64,000 nucleotides of DNA from Octopus vulgaris (GCA_951406725.2 OX597830.1:60016001-60080000); one strand, 5' to 3'. Shown: positions 1 to 14,442, numbered from the stretch's first letter. Notes: generated by a model not told the origin, from the sequence alone. Translations and numbers: made by a program.

Positions 1-159
1 GCATATCGTCTGAACGATATGTATAAATCTGTACAATCATGAGTAACAATGTAATGAATCACTAAACATTTTTCGATAAACCCTACATCATAAATTTAAT
101 GCTCTTTTCTTTGGTTTGATAGTCTCCTCGCGCGCGTATTTGAGCCTGTATGTAGTCAG

Positions 160-196
160 ATACATACATGTATATGTGTGTATGTAAATATTCGTG

Positions 197-257
<61 letters not shown>

Positions 258-281
258 ATAGGCGTAGATATATTTGTATTT

Positions 282-318
<37 letters not shown>

Positions 319-345
319 CACATAATTATATGTATATATATGTAT
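160..345. repeat. (TA)n/(TG)n compound microsatellite
   Basis: Direct dinucleotide runs. Confidence 0.95.
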
Positions 346-897
346 AGATATATCTCGTGCAAATAATTCTATATGTACGTATGTCTAACGTACATAATTA
401 TATATATAATCAAGCACGAATTACAGTGTATATGTTAGTGTGCATTTTGTGTGTGGGGGGGGGTCTGTGATGATTGTGTGCAGGTTTGTGTTTGTGGGTG
501 GGTGGGCGTGTGTGCAGAGATAAAGACTTAGTCCCGTAAACATTATGGCAACCATATTGATAAAGGCAATAGAATCACTCTCACGCCATTCTGATGCTGT
601 TGTACTTGGTTTCGTTAGCTCGTTTTGTTGTTGTTGCTGTTGTTGTTGTTGTAGTTACAATCTACCAATCAGCTTATCTGCCCCTTCCTCCCTCTTCCCC
701 AACCACTACACTAACCCATGCACAGACCAGCTTCACGGTTGAGTTAGAGAGCTGTGGTCTAATTAATATTTTTATTTTAGTCCACGCTTAATTTAACGCT
801 TAGCACTGCACACACATAAACTGGCAAAGACAAAGGCGCACATTCACACACAGAAACATATAACCACACAGGCACACACACACACACACACACACAG

Positions 898-1003
<106 letters not shown>

Positions 1004-1036
1004 AGTGCCGATGTTGACAAAGCCCTTACCCATCAC

Positions 1037-1240
1037 TTGTTAGTGTCTTCTAGCTTAAAATCAGAAACAAAGGGGTTTATCATAGTAGCCCAAGATCAAT
1101 GCCTACCTACAAGGAGCTACCAGGCCAACATATTAAAGAACGGCAGCTGCCCAACATGTCGTGTATGTCAACAACAAAATGAAACCATTCATCATGTTGT
1201 CTCTATGTGCAGTTTTCTTGTGTCCACAGAGTATATATGG
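1037..1240 (+). mobile_element. R4/Dong-clade (RLE) non-LTR retrotransposon fragment, CCHC zinc-knuckle region
   Basis: LKSETKGFIIVAQDQCLPTRSY...CRVCQQQNETIHHVVSMC matches the ETE.F..AAQDQ.L.T / CR.C...ET..H....C signature; follows a TAA/TGA array. Confidence 0.85.
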
Positions 1241-1328
1241 TAAGAAAAATCCTAAACAAAGAAGACTCCTCGAATAGTGGGGAAACACTGAGACGACCAC
1301 ATTGTCTAAGCTGTCCGAAGAGCACAAG

Positions 1329-1510
1329 CTCGGATCGTTTTAATCTCGGATCGTTTTCACTCGGATCGTTTTCTCTCGGATCGCTTTCTCTCGGATCGTT
1401 TTCTCTCGGATCGCTTTCTCTCGGATCGTTTTCTCTCGGATCGCTTTCTCTCGGATCGTTTCCTCTCGGATCGTTTTAATCTCGGATCGTTTTCACTCGG
1501 ACCGTTTTCT
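1329..1510. repeat. 15-bp minisatellite (CTCGGATCGYTTTCT), about 12 copies
   Basis: Head-to-tail units; two 16-nt variants ending TAAT. Confidence 0.95.
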
Positions 1511-1999
1511 CCAATCTCATTCACCTTTCGTCAAATTTGCTGGAAGACAGCACGTCCCCTCCTCACCCTCAGATTTCTTTTCACGTGGAACCTGAAAAAG
1601 TTTATAGATTCGCTCGACAGGTTTCTCTCTTCAGTCCTTTCATTACTGTCCACCTCACAACCTCTTTCACTGGCCACAAGACAGACAAAAGCTTCCTGCC
1701 CTTCACTGCCAAAGGAAATCAGCGGGGCAATCTTCACAATGGATTGAGCTGATGTTCTAATCTGTCTCACACGTGACAGCAGATGTTTGACGCATCTCCA
1801 TGGGTCACCACAATTGTTTTAGCTCAATTAGAAACCTAAATTGAGTCTAGATATATTACAGGGGAGAATAATACCAACAGTAGCCTTTATGTCCTATTTA
1901 CTTTCAGATGTACCACTTTTACCATAGAGAAGTAAACCTTTCATTTTTCTTGAGATTCAGTGATGTAACTAGCTGTAACAAACTGTGGTCCATAGAAAG

Positions 2000-2110
2000 G
2001 GATGAAAGGCGAAGTCGACCTCGGCGGAATTTGAACTTAGAACGTAACGACGGACGAAATGCTGCGAGATAGTTTACTTGGCGTGCCAACAATTCTAACG
2101 GCTCCCCGCT
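2000..2110 (-). mobile_element. tRNA-derived SINE family A fragment
   Basis: gatgaaaggcgaagtcgacctcggcggaatttgaac core shared with many copies in the window. Confidence 0.8.
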
Positions 2111-2302
2111 TTAATAATAATACTACTAAGAGATTGGTATTTGGATGGTGAATGTCTCCCACAAAATGTTCCAACCAAGTATCAGAGTTTATAATGCGCG
2201 GAAAGAGACCCTGTGTGACCTCTGACATCAGGCTGCTGTCCGCTCTCATAGAAGCCACCAGAGTGAACGAGATCGAACGTTCTGAGAAGTAAAATAACAA
2301 CA

Positions 2303-2320
2303 GCAATAATAATAATGATG

Positions 2321-2372
<52 letters not shown>

Positions 2373-2389
2373 TGATAATAATAATAATA

Positions 2390-2478
<89 letters not shown>

Positions 2479-2500
2479 TGATGATGATAATAATAATAAT

Positions 2501-2596
<96 letters not shown>
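2303..2596. repeat. (TAA)n array
   Basis: Direct. Confidence 0.95.
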
Positions 2597-3329
2597 CCTT
2601 TCTACAAAAGGCAGAAGGGCAGCAATTTTGAGGGAGGGGATGAGTCGATTACATTTTTCTCTCTCTTATTCTTTTACCTCCTCTTCTCCTACTAATTCCG
2701 TTCTTTTTGTATTCTGTCTTCATCGCTGTTCCCAGTTCTGGTGAGTGTAAAGTTTTGTGCATTCACACATAGACACGAACGTACACACATCTACATACAC
2801 AGAAACTCATACGGGCATTCAGAAATACGCGCGTGCACGCATATACGCGCAAACACATGCACACACCCTGTCGACTGCAGGAGCGTTAAGGGACCTGTGA
2901 TAGCCATGGGCGTAGATTCTTCTTCCCGGACCAAAGCAGTAAAAGTGAGACACACACACGCACACACACACACACACACATATTCTCACACATTCACGCA
3001 CATTCACACACACACACACATACATGCCGACACACACTCATACATAAATATTCATTCATATGCAAATTCAGATACTTACACACACGCATACATACATGCA
3101 TGCACACTGACGGACAGATAGTCAGACAGACAGAAAGGTAGACAGACGGACAGGTAGAGAGACAAACAGACAGGCGGGCAGGCGGGCAGGCGGGCAGGCG
3201 GGCAGGCGGGCAGGCGGGCAGGCGGGCAGGCAGACAAAGTAGCTTTCAAATATTGCCCCCTTGAGACTGGATATTGGAAGAAAATTAATTAAAACCGCAA
3301 ACCTCCACACCTACATTGACTCCCACCAC

Positions 3330-3574
3330 AAACGCCACCACTGGCTCCCTCCCGATCATCACTACCATCATAAGCATCATTTCATCAACAACATCATCAT
3401 ACCAACATGGTCCCCAATAAAATTTTGAATGCCACTATCACCACCACCACCACCACCACCATCACCACCACTAATATCATCACCACCACCACCGCCACCA
3501 CCACTACCATCGATACCATTACTATCACAAACACCATTACCACTATCACTACTGCCATCACCAGTTTCACCACT

Positions 3575-3607
<33 letters not shown>

Positions 3608-3614
3608 GTCGTCG

Positions 3615-3651
<37 letters not shown>

Positions 3652-3770
3652 CATCATCATCATCATTATCATCGTCGTCATCACCACCGGTAACATCAAC
3701 ACCACAACAATAAATCTCGACTCTAGCACCAGCATCATTAACACCATCATCAACATCATTAAGGCCAAAA
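3330..3770. repeat. (CAC/CAT)n low-complexity region
   Basis: Direct. Confidence 0.9.
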
Positions 3771-4019
3771 ATCAACACATTTTTTTCATAATCTCAGCCA
3801 TTGTTACAAACAACACCATCGCAACCATCACTATCCACATAACCTCCAACACCATCAAAATCAACTTCGCCATCAAACAGGAGAAATGGGACTCAATACA
3901 GACGTCCAAGTGCGCGTGAAGATACAGTCATGCATAAACATACACGCCCAAAGCATACGAGTATGCACAAGCGCACACACACACATACAACACTCACATG
4001 TACATATGTGTGTGTATCT

Positions 4020-4338
4020 TTTCTCTTTTACTTGTTTCAGTCATTTCACTGCGGCCATGCTGGAGCACCGCCTTTAATCGAGCAAATCGACCCCAGAACT
4101 TATTCTTTGGAAGCCTAGTGACTTTTTCTATCGATCTATTTTACCGAACCGCTAGCTTACGGGGACGTAAACACGCCACCATCGGTTGTCAAGCGACGTT
4201 GGAGGGACATACATAGACACACAAACATATACACACACATTAATATATCTATGCATATATACGACGGGCTTCTTCCAGTTTCCGTCTACCAAATCCACTC
4301 ACAAGGCTTTGGTCGGACCGAGGCTATAGTAGAAGACG
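4020..4338 (-). mobile_element. SINE family B (CORE-like) partial copy
   Basis: Matches the full copy at 29255-29650 (gtttccgtctaccaaatccactcacaaggctttggtcgg). Confidence 0.85.
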
Positions 4339-4537
4339 TCTATAAGTGTATATGTGCGCGCGCGCCTGTGTGTATGCGAGTGATGCCCCTAGTAAACATT
4401 TTTCTATCTTGCTCTCATAACACTCTTGACAAGAGGTTTTTCTACCCGAAATATCAAATCATTTAAATGTTTCTAAGGCAACGTTTCCATAATAATCTAT
4501 TATTATTATTATTATTATCATTATTATTATTATTATT

Positions 4538-5081
4538 GAGAGAGCAGTGCATGCCATCAAAGTGACACTGGGGTAAAATATACGAAGCCCAGTGTACCCA
4601 TCATGACTACCCGTCTGATAAGGGTACACCAGGCACATGTATCACAACCACATGTGCGCGACATGGTGATCTCATACCAAGACAAACAGCACATGACCTT
4701 GCAGGTGGGGCTCAGTTAGAACGTTCTTCTGGTCGAGTAACCCACCCCGCTCAAAAGGTCCCTGAATAAGGATTGTTTAAGGATGTTGAACGAAACACCC
4801 TGTTTCCAGAGGTGAATTATCCAAACACCAAAGAATTCCTTTCAACACATGGCTATGATGCTCCCCACCTGCCTCTGCTCGTGATCAGAGATGCACATAT
4901 CGTCAGCCACTAGGGTATATGGTCAACTGGTTAAGGTCAAACAACTGACAAGCAAATCTGTGGTATTGAGCAGAATATTTGCTGTAGCCCATCTTTTATA
5001 CCAAGACAAAACAATGTACATGATAACACTTCCAATCAGTTAAGATCAGCAGCCAAGAGAGCCACTGCCTGGTACTGCATC
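4538..5081 (-). mobile_element. Non-coding interspersed repeat family D embedded in a (TTA)n array
   Basis: Homologous to 13462-13878 and 25081-25355; (TTA)n on both sides; strand inferred from the TAA tail. Confidence 0.75.
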
Positions 5082-5094
5082 ATTATCATTATTA

Positions 5095-5155
<61 letters not shown>

Positions 5156-5403
5156 AGTTATTGAAATTTGTTGTCTGATCTACCTTGTTATAATTTCTAT
5201 AAAACTGATTTTGCAGACGTATATATCAACAGAGTATATATACATCAAACAGATCTGCATATACACAGATTGGCATTCATGCATATATACAGAGACACTC
5301 ATGTACATATACAAACACATAATCTCACACACACATATACACATACGTACATACATGCATACACACGTGCGCGCGCGCGTACTCATATGCTTATAGCTCA
5401 CAA

Positions 5404-5404
<1 letters not shown>

Positions 5405-5472
<68 letters not shown>

Positions 5473-6282
5473 AACTAAATTGAAACAAGATAGCAAAGAG
5501 TGTTAGCGCAGGTGTGAGTTTATTTCTATGTATTTCTATGTGTGTATTCGTGTATGCGTGTATTTGGGTGTGTACGTGTGTAGATGTAAGCACACGTGCC
5601 TGTGTGCACACAAGTGTGTCACGTATGCGTTTATGTGAAGTTAATATATCTGAGTTATGTATTTCAAGATGTATGTCTGCCCGTATATGCGAATGCGTAT
5701 TCATGTGTATCTAAATCCGGTTGCTCCTGTATGTATGCATGTGTTTATGAATGCATGTACGTATGCATGTATTCATGTATGACTGTATGAATGCATGTAT
5801 TTGTGTATGTATGTATGTATGTATTTATGTATGTATATATGTTTGTATGTATTTTTGTATGTATGTGTGTATTTATGCATGCATGCATGTATGTATGTAT
5901 GTATGTATGTATTTATGCATGCATTTATGTATGAATGCGTGTATTGAAGTATGTATGTATGCATGTATGTATGTATGTATGTATGTATGTATGTATGTAT
6001 GTATGTATGTATGTATGTATGTATGTATGTATGTATGTATGTATTTATGTATGAATGTATGAAAGCGTCTATGTATGTATGTGTATGTGTAAGTGTTTCT
6101 ATTTTAACAAATCTCAAGTGTCATTACGTTTTAATTTCCGTTAAGAGATGGTTCTGAGTTTAGTTTTTTTTCTAAATAAAATAAAATAAAGTAAATAAAA
6201 TAAAGTAAAATAAAATAAAATAAAAGAACCGTGAAGAAAAAAAAACGAAATAATTCAGAGAGAGAGAGAGAGAGAGAGACAG

Positions 6283-6369
<87 letters not shown>

Positions 6370-6375
6370 AAAGAA
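5405..6375. repeat. (TA)n, (ATGT)n, (AAAAT)n, (GA)n and (AAAG)n microsatellite cluster
   Basis: Direct. Confidence 0.9.
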
Positions 6376-6933
6376 GGAAGAAAGTATAAAGCAGAAGGTG
6401 ATTGAGAAGGAAATATTGAGAGAGGGAAACAGTAAATGAAAAAGGAGGTAAGAGCCATGTTGAATTTCTAAAATGTCTTCTGTCGTGGCAAATGGAAAGA
6501 ATAAGAGATGAAGCAACGCATTTGTTTTCTTCATTTATTTTTTAAGCATCCCCCACTCGCAACCGTTTTATCAATTTTCGAGAAATAATTTTAAAATCTT
6601 TTGAATGACACAGTTATTAAAGACGGATGTTGTAAATTCCAGCTACCGAAACTAACTTTTTGGCAGATAAACTGCAACAATGTTGCTAACCAACAATGAT
6701 AATTAGATACAGAGTATAGAACCGTTTGATATAAGCTTTACTTTTTATTCGAAGACTTCAGGAACTTTTCAGAATTACTCTTAACGTCTCTATAATTATA
6801 AGAACTTTTCTTGTGCCACTGTAATACATCTTTTGTATTTCTGTTGCTCGTTCTCTCTATCTGGAATTTTTCAGTATTTTTTACATTGATGTCATTGTTT
6901 GCTGGCGTGTCACTTTTTAAGTGTACAATACCT

Positions 6934-7163
6934 ATTTCTTTACTACCCACAAGGGGCTAAACACAGAGAGGACAAACAAGGACAGACAAACAGATTAAGT
7001 CGATTATATCGACCCCAGTGCGTAACTGGTACTTATTTAATGGACCCCGAAAGGATGAAAGGCAAAGTTGACCTCGGCGGAATTTGAACTTAGAACGTAA
7101 CGGCAGACGAAATACGGCTATGCATTTCGCCCGGCGTGCTAACGCTTCTGCCAGCTCGCCGCC
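6934..7163 (-). mobile_element. SINE family A, full length, 18-bp TSD
   Basis: tRNA-like head GGCGGCGAGCTGGCAGAA...GTTCAAATTCC; TSD tttaagtgtacaatacct at 6916-6933 and 7164-7181. Confidence 0.92.
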
Positions 7164-8175
7164 TTTAAGTGTACAATACCTGGATACCTTGTCTTGTTAT
7201 AAGGATATCAGCACAGCTCACTGCTATTACTTTATTTGTATATCCAAGAAAGCCATTTTTGTTTTCCTTCATATCATTCAGCCATTTTTGCACCATTGCT
7301 TTTTCCTGCAGAATTCTATAATTATCTTGTCCTGTATCTTGAGATATTCTGATGGGATCAACAGAAGACATACAACAAAGACGTTTGTCGTAGAATCTGT
7401 GATCTCGTCAAAACAACAACACACGAGCTGTTGGGATTTTATACTTTGCTTCAGTATTTCCAGTCGGATCGCCCCAGCTCTTTCTATTCCACTCTCAATA
7501 AATACGGTGTCCCTCAGAGTTTAATCTCCTCCTACTCTCTTCCTTCAATATATCAGATCCAAAAAGGACCATTTTTATGTAACTGACTCGACTCTTCATT
7601 CCTCCCTAGCTTCCTCCAAGCATGCACCATCCACATGAAACATAGACACCACACAACAAATCTGCGTTGATTCCATAACCGGAGACAGGGAAAACACGCT
7701 CAAGTGACGCCATGACAACTTCGTCTCTTTTAACAGCAAAAAAACTCAACACTACTCATATCAAGAAAATACCACCGCCCCACATCAACTTTAAAAACGT
7801 AACTAGAGCCCGCTCAGTCACTCCAAACACTGAGACTCACGATTTTTCCGAGCGACATTACATCCTTAGCATGGCTAGTATCACATACACACACACAAAC
7901 CAAAAAAAAAAAAAAAGTATAAAAAGATTCCTAAGATTATCGCTTCTCTTCAGGGCCACAACCACAATAGATTTAGTTTCTAACAGCTGCTGACGATTTA
8001 CAAAATTCAATTGAGGCAGACAATGGATTACTGCTCCCACATCTGAGACGGTGCTGCTGCTACGCACACGGATATTTTGTGTCGCATCTACAAAAGGTCA
8101 CTCGGCTGATTGGCACGGACCACCCTCAAACCCACAGACCTGTGGTTTCCTCTCTTTTTTTTTTATCGTTAGTAT

Positions 8176-8487
8176 TGTTTATTTTTTTTCCTTCCCGAGC
8201 CATGCCTGGCTCACAAGGGCCGGTTTCCCGGTTTCTTGGCGTATAGGTTCCCCACCTGGATGGGACGCCGGTCCATCCTAGGTGAGCTGCAAGATGCAGG
8301 AAGAAAAGAGTTAGAGAAAGTTGTGGCGAAAGAGTCAGCAAAAGTTCACCATTACCCTACTGCCGGAGCCGCGTGGAGCTTTAGGTGTTTTCGCTCATAA
8401 ACACACACATCGCCCGGTCTGAGATTCGAACCCACGATCCCTCGACCGCGAGTCCGCTGCTCTAACCACTACGCCATGTGTCTCCAC
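8176..8487 (-). mobile_element. tRNA-derived SINE family C, 12-bp TSD
   Basis: A/B-box head (tggcgtagtggttagagcagcggac...ggttcgaatc); TSD tatcgttagtat at 8164-8175 and 8488-8499. Confidence 0.9.
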
Positions 8488-9399
8488 TATCGTTAGTATA
8501 ATTGCCTCTGACCCACGTAGCTGGTTAGTCTCGTACCTTCCACATCTCAGTGTCCACAACCCACTCAAATTTTACCTTCTCTTCACCTTTGTTTCATCCA
8601 AATTTCCCCAGTTCCACACTAATTATCATCTCCATTTCTTACTTCCAAGAATATCGGCCCTCTAGAATCTTCTCTGTGTTCGTGCCTTTCCTGCAGGTGT
8701 TGACCGGCAAAACTGTAAACAGAACATTAATGGCATTAAGTTTAATGGTCTAAGGGTTTCTACAAATGTCAACGACATTGGTCCTTCCTCTACATTCAGC
8801 AAGTAAAATATAACATCAATTAATGGGCTCTCAATACCCAACACTCACCGTTGGGATAGTGATTCCCTTGCAAAGCTTTAATCATTGAAAAAAATCACCA
8901 CCTCTGATTACACAAAGTCACTTTTTCTGTTCTGCCGAGGGGTATAAATGTGATGTTTACCAGCTTTTGAGTGATCGAATTCGAATTCAGTTTGTAGTTT
9001 TCTTCTTTCTCTCTTTAACTTTGGATTCTTGAACTTCCAGCTTATCTCATAAAAGCTCTAAGATACTTTTGGGGTTGTCAAGTTGTTTATTGTCTTTATT
9101 TTCAGTCTTTCGTTTTGAAATGCATTTGTCCAATTTCATTGGTCCCCAGTTCATCATTTCTCTGTTCTTAATTCTTCTATTGAATGTTTTATTTCATTGC
9201 CAGTTTTTGCTAACTCGGTTAACCAGCATCGATTGACAGTAGTCCTGGGTACATTTCTCAATCTCAATTTCTGAACTGAAGTAAGAGCTGGGAATCGTGT
9301 TCCCATTAAAACCGATACAGTAAATAAAATATATAGACGTAGGAATATAAGATGCATAGTCTATAACGATATCGAATTTGATAGCATTAGGTTAAACTG

Positions 9400-10990
9400 T
9401 CCTCCTTCCCGGATCAAGAAACTTCAGCGAAGTAAATGACTTCAAGTCAACTACTTAAACACCCGATACAAAATATTCATGGAAATGCTGAATAGAAACA
9501 TGGAAAATCATGCTTGTCGTCGAATGCCAAGAATGTTAGAAATCAAATAGGCAAGAACCAGGAACCACTTAGCAAAGTGGATCAATTGATAAATAGCAGG
9601 ATGATATATGAAACTACGAGACACCAAAGAAATCTGTCGGAAAGCCCACATGATGTTACGGGTTTACCTGAGCAGGAGTCTGCCCTGATAAGGAAGTTTG
9701 ATGATGTGTATTGTCGAAATTGCAATTATTTGCAAACAGGAAAAAAATCTGCCCCAACTCAACTACACGGAGGCTCTGTAGTTGATACACCTTAGGGATT
9801 GCACTGGAAAAAGAACCATTTGCCAATTCATTTACGATTTGAAAGCACAGCAAAACATCCACTCTCAGTTGAAGCTTGATAATAACAATATTGTAAAGCA
9901 TACGGCAAATGGCATATGGACATATTACGGCATCAAAACGAATGCAGAGACAAACTATATTAGATAACTAATAGGAAAAGCAGCAGAACTTGAGGTTCTA
10001 TTAGAAGAAATACTTGATCTACAAATAAAATATCTAAAAATATTTTGATTGTGAGCGAACATGAAATATTAGACAAAATGAAAATAATGACATCGAAGGC
10101 TGAATGCAATCTTTGATCAAACTAGAATTATTGAAGAAAATTCTATTGAAAACTGTAAACAGTAGGCTAGTTCCACCGACTGCATTTGTGTAAAATACGC
10201 TTCAGTTCACAAGACTAACTCTGGAAAGGATGGATGGAAGTATTCATAGAATATTGTAAGAGAATCTTTTAGTAAATAACTGAAGGTTTAAAAGTTGTTT
10301 ATGACAACAAAAAATAGAGATGGAAGTATTGAGAATGTTGATGAGTATACAAGGAAGCAATAATTAGTGGGACAAATAACAAAGCAATGAAAACTGTGTG
10401 AGAGGATAAGTAGCATTCAATGAAAATGGAAGACCAGGAAAAAAAAAACTGCTCTATTTAAAGGAGAAGTTGAAGATAAATTGCGCAGTACCAAAGGCAA
10501 AATGAAATCTGGTGATTTGGAGATCTGAATAAATGGAAAAAGAATTATTGTACATGGGAGACTGTCTGATGATTTCTGAAAAAAGATTTAACAAAAGAGC
10601 TCAGAGTAACTAAAGGTTAAGCTTGTATGAAGATAAAACTACAGAGTAAAGTGCCTTTAATAGTTTAAATGAAAAAGGCCATGAATGGCTGAGCCGTAAT
10701 CTCGATTCTAGAAAACCATGTTCTTTCATTAACACGAAGAAAAAATATGGAAAGGGGAACGTTGCAGAAATTGAGAATAATCGAAGTGAATAAGTTGTGG
10801 AGGCGATACAAGGAAAAAGGAAAAACTCTTCGTCCGCTGTTTGAATGTCAAATACTTGTTGGAATGATTATGTTACAGACTATAAAAACACATTGATCAT
10901 ATTAGATGTAGCTTGAGTGAAATAAGAATTAGTTGGAAAAACGGTGGAACAGAGGGTTTGTATTGGGAAATGTTCGTATCTTTAACACTA
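9400..10990 (+). mobile_element. Highly decayed R4/Dong-like LINE relic
   Basis: Degenerate NHL...DLK (~9810), K.LHG (~10545) and CR.C...ET..L..C (~10795-10860) motifs in the expected order; many stops. Confidence 0.4.
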
Positions 10991-11279
10991 CAAATGTAAG
11001 TAAATGCATCTTCTAATGCAGGAAGTATAATAATATATGACATTTAGAACAAAAAGCTTGCAAACAAGAATAGAAAAGAAGTGAATAAGAAATGGTAGAG
11101 TTTCGCATTAAAATCTTTGTAGTATTTAATTACATCCAAATACATTTCCTATTCAAGTTATTCTACATTCCTTTTAACTTCCATCCCATTTCGGATCAAT
11201 AAATAAAAAAACAACATAAGTAACTATAATCTACTGAAGTCGATTCAATGGTGTGTTTTCTTTCAATTTTTAATTAAAA

Positions 11280-11450
11280 GGCACAGGCGTGGCTGTTGGG
11301 TAAGAAGTTTGCTTACCAACCACATGGCTTCGGGTTCAGTCTCACCGCGTGAAACCTTGGGCAAGTGTCTTCTGCTATAGCCTCAGGCTGACCAAAGCCT
11401 TGTGAGTGGATTTGGTAGAAACTGAATGAATGAAAGAATATATATATATA

Positions 11451-11487
<37 letters not shown>

Positions 11488-11740
11488 GTGTGCGTGTGCG
11501 TGCGTGTGTGTGCGTGTGTGTGCGTGTGTGTGTATGTCTTTGTTTCTATGTTTGTCCCCACGCCAATTGCTTGACAACTGTTGTTGGTGTGTTCAAGTCC
11601 TCCGCAACCTAGCGGTTCGGCAAAAGACATTGATAGAATAAGTACTAGGTTTACAGAAGAATAAGTCCTAGAGTTTATTTCTTCAATTAAAAACCCCTTT
11701 AAGGCGGTTCTTCAGCAGTGAAAGAAAAGAATAAAAGAAA
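11280..11740 (+). mobile_element. SINE family B with internal (TG)n
   Basis: ggttcagtc...ccttgggcaagtgtcttc (CORE-like) plus the family 3' part. Confidence 0.88.
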
Positions 11741-12028
11741 TTATCAAGTTCTAGTACGAGGAACAGGGACCAATGTAAATTCAGGGCCTCACAGGGACCC
11801 CTGAGGTTCAGTTTGAATTTTGGGGGACTAATGCAGGCACATTTTAGTACCGCTCGCATACGTGAGATAGAGCGACTTCAAAATTATAGATATATACAGG
11901 AGAAAGAAGTACGATTTATAAAATTGCAACTATGGGAAATTAATTTTTGCTCTGCTTTACGAGTTTTCGCTTTGAAAACGGTTCCCAGGAATGAATTAAC
12001 TCGTACATCAAGGCATTGCAGTATATTG

Positions 12029-12080
<52 letters not shown>

Positions 12081-12090
12081 ACACACACAG

Positions 12091-12129
<39 letters not shown>

Positions 12130-12199
12130 CTCATATGCGCCTGTTTGTTTGTGTGTGTGCGTGTGTGTGTGTGCGCGCGTGTGCCCTCGCGTGCGTTTG

Positions 12200-12395
12200 T
12201 CTTTGTGATATGTTGACAGTCGGTATTGGTTTTTTTAAGCCCCCGTAGGTTAACGGTTCAGCAATAGAGACCGATAGAATAAGTATCAAGCTTAAAAAAT
12301 GTCCTGGTGTCAATTCCTCCAACTAAAAATTCTTCAAGGTAGTGCCCCAGCATGGCCGTAGTCTAATAATTGAAACAAGTAAGAGTGAAAAGGTA
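12200..12395 (+). mobile_element. SINE family B, 3' fragment
   Basis: ccagcatggccgtagtc...gaaacaagtaagag. Confidence 0.7.
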
Positions 12396-13461
12396 AAATG
12401 TAAAAAAAAAAAAAAAAATTATTTGTCCCAAAAGTTGCAATACATCCCTCACGTGATCCGATGAATTTTTTGGAGAAAAACGTTTTTTTTACGAAAAAAA
12501 GCGAAACTCTAAAAATTTCCAGATTATCATATTTTATCCCCAAGTGGGAAATATCTCAGAAGATATTAAAATCGTACGTACAGAAAATAGACGATAGAGT
12601 ATTTTGAACTTGGTCTATATTACAAAGAAAAAATTGAAAAGAAGTATTTAAAATGATAAGTATAGCTTTTATGTTTCTGTTAAATAGGAAGATACAAGAG
12701 TTGTCTTTAATGTTGAAATCGAAAGTTGTGCGTAAATAGCTCCAGCTACAACTTGGATAGATGGATAAAATCATATTTTCGAAAATATTTTATGTTAGAT
12801 TTCTCTTCAAAGAGAAAAACAATGTAATGTTAATATTGATATTAAAAATATGCTATGCTTCGTGAAGCAAGTACAATATATTATTAAATCTCCAAGCTAG
12901 CGAAGGGAAGAAAATCCCTATTCCTCTGCCTAGTTTATTAGAGAAGAGATGGGTTTGTATTTCCAAAAAAATTGGTTCTACTACTACAAGTACCGCTAAC
13001 AGAATAGTGACATTTTTCGTTCTTCAGGAAGAGAAGAAAAACCTGCAAGCGAGTATAGATGTCTTGAATGCAAGATATTTATCTGGAAGGGTCATTACAT
13101 GAAAGTTGAATGATGCTGGTTTTCCCGTAAAAGAGGCTACGAAGCCTTTGTTAGCCAAGAAAACATTAAGGAGCCGAATACCCCTAACCACTGAGCCACG
13201 CACCTTCACTCTCTTAAATGTATAGAAAAGAAGTGAAGCGATAGAGACAGGGAAAGGAAAGCCTCAGTCATTCACAATTAGACTGAAATACGATTGATCC
13301 TTTCTAGCTTCTTTACTTTAAAAATGAAGAAGAGAGAAAGACATTTAGTAATGAATAGAGGGAAAGTCTTTCAGGTGGTTGGGTTTTCATTCTGGGAGTT
13401 CTAGAAGGAGTGAGTGTTAGTTCTTTCTTCTTTCCCCCACCCCCGATAGTTGCGAGGAAAG

Positions 13462-13878
13462 ACCATGTGTGCATGACATGGTGATCTCATATAAAGATAA
13501 AAAAAAACATGACCTTATAGCTGGGGCCCAGTTAGAATTTCCTTCAGGTCGAGTAGTCCAACCTACTCAAAAAGTCCTTGAATAAGGGTTGGTTAAGGAT
13601 GTTGAACGAAACACCCAAATTTCCAGAGGTGAGTTGTTCAAACCCTAAAGAATTCCTCTCAATACACGGCTATGATCAACTCGTGATCCGAGCTGCATAT
13701 ATCGTCAGCCACTAAGGGACATGCTCAGCTGGTTATGGTCAAACAACTGACAAGCAAATCTGTAGTATTGAACAGAATATTTACTGTAACCCATCTTTTA
13801 TACCAAGACAAAACATGTACATGATAACACTTCCAATCAGTTAAGATTAGAAGCCATGCATGGTACTGCATCGGAGCA
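13462..13878 (-). mobile_element. Repeat family D, partial copy
   Basis: Colinear with 4650-5081. Confidence 0.75.
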
Positions 13879-13894
13879 TTTATTATCATTCAAA

Positions 13895-14060
13895 GTGCCT
13901 CCCCCTATTGGGAGTTTCATTTGTTGTATTTTCACTGATATTTGAATGTTTACACGAACTTTTCTTTTTCGCAAAACCCTTTCTACTTTTCGTCCTGTGT
14001 TTGTCCTTACATCTTTTTTGATTTATGTTAGTAACCCTTGTGGCCAATAAAACCAGAATT
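13895..14060 (+). mobile_element. Tx1/L1-like LINE 3' UTR end followed by (ATT)n
   Basis: Ends ttgtggccaataaa like the Tx1-like element at 23161-24444 and the end at ~48900. Confidence 0.55.
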
Positions 14061-14061
14061 A

Positions 14062-14214
<153 letters not shown>

Positions 14215-14312
14215 GTTGTTGTTGTTGTTAACTACCAGTAAAACTCTGGGGTCGATGTAATCGACTAGTACCCTCACCAAAAATTTCAGATCTTGTACCT
14301 TTAGTAGAAAGG

Positions 14313-14433
<121 letters not shown>

Positions 14434-14442
14434 TTATTATTC

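Noticed and set aside
1329-1510. CRISPR-like array
   Set aside because: Head-to-tail repeats without unique spacers; eukaryotic context; no cas genes
7190-9200. Possible host exons (also 12900-13440, 16500-17400, 36290-37200, 49150-49740, 59980-60230)
   Set aside because: No sustained ORF or recognisable protein; probably very old TE debris that I cannot assign
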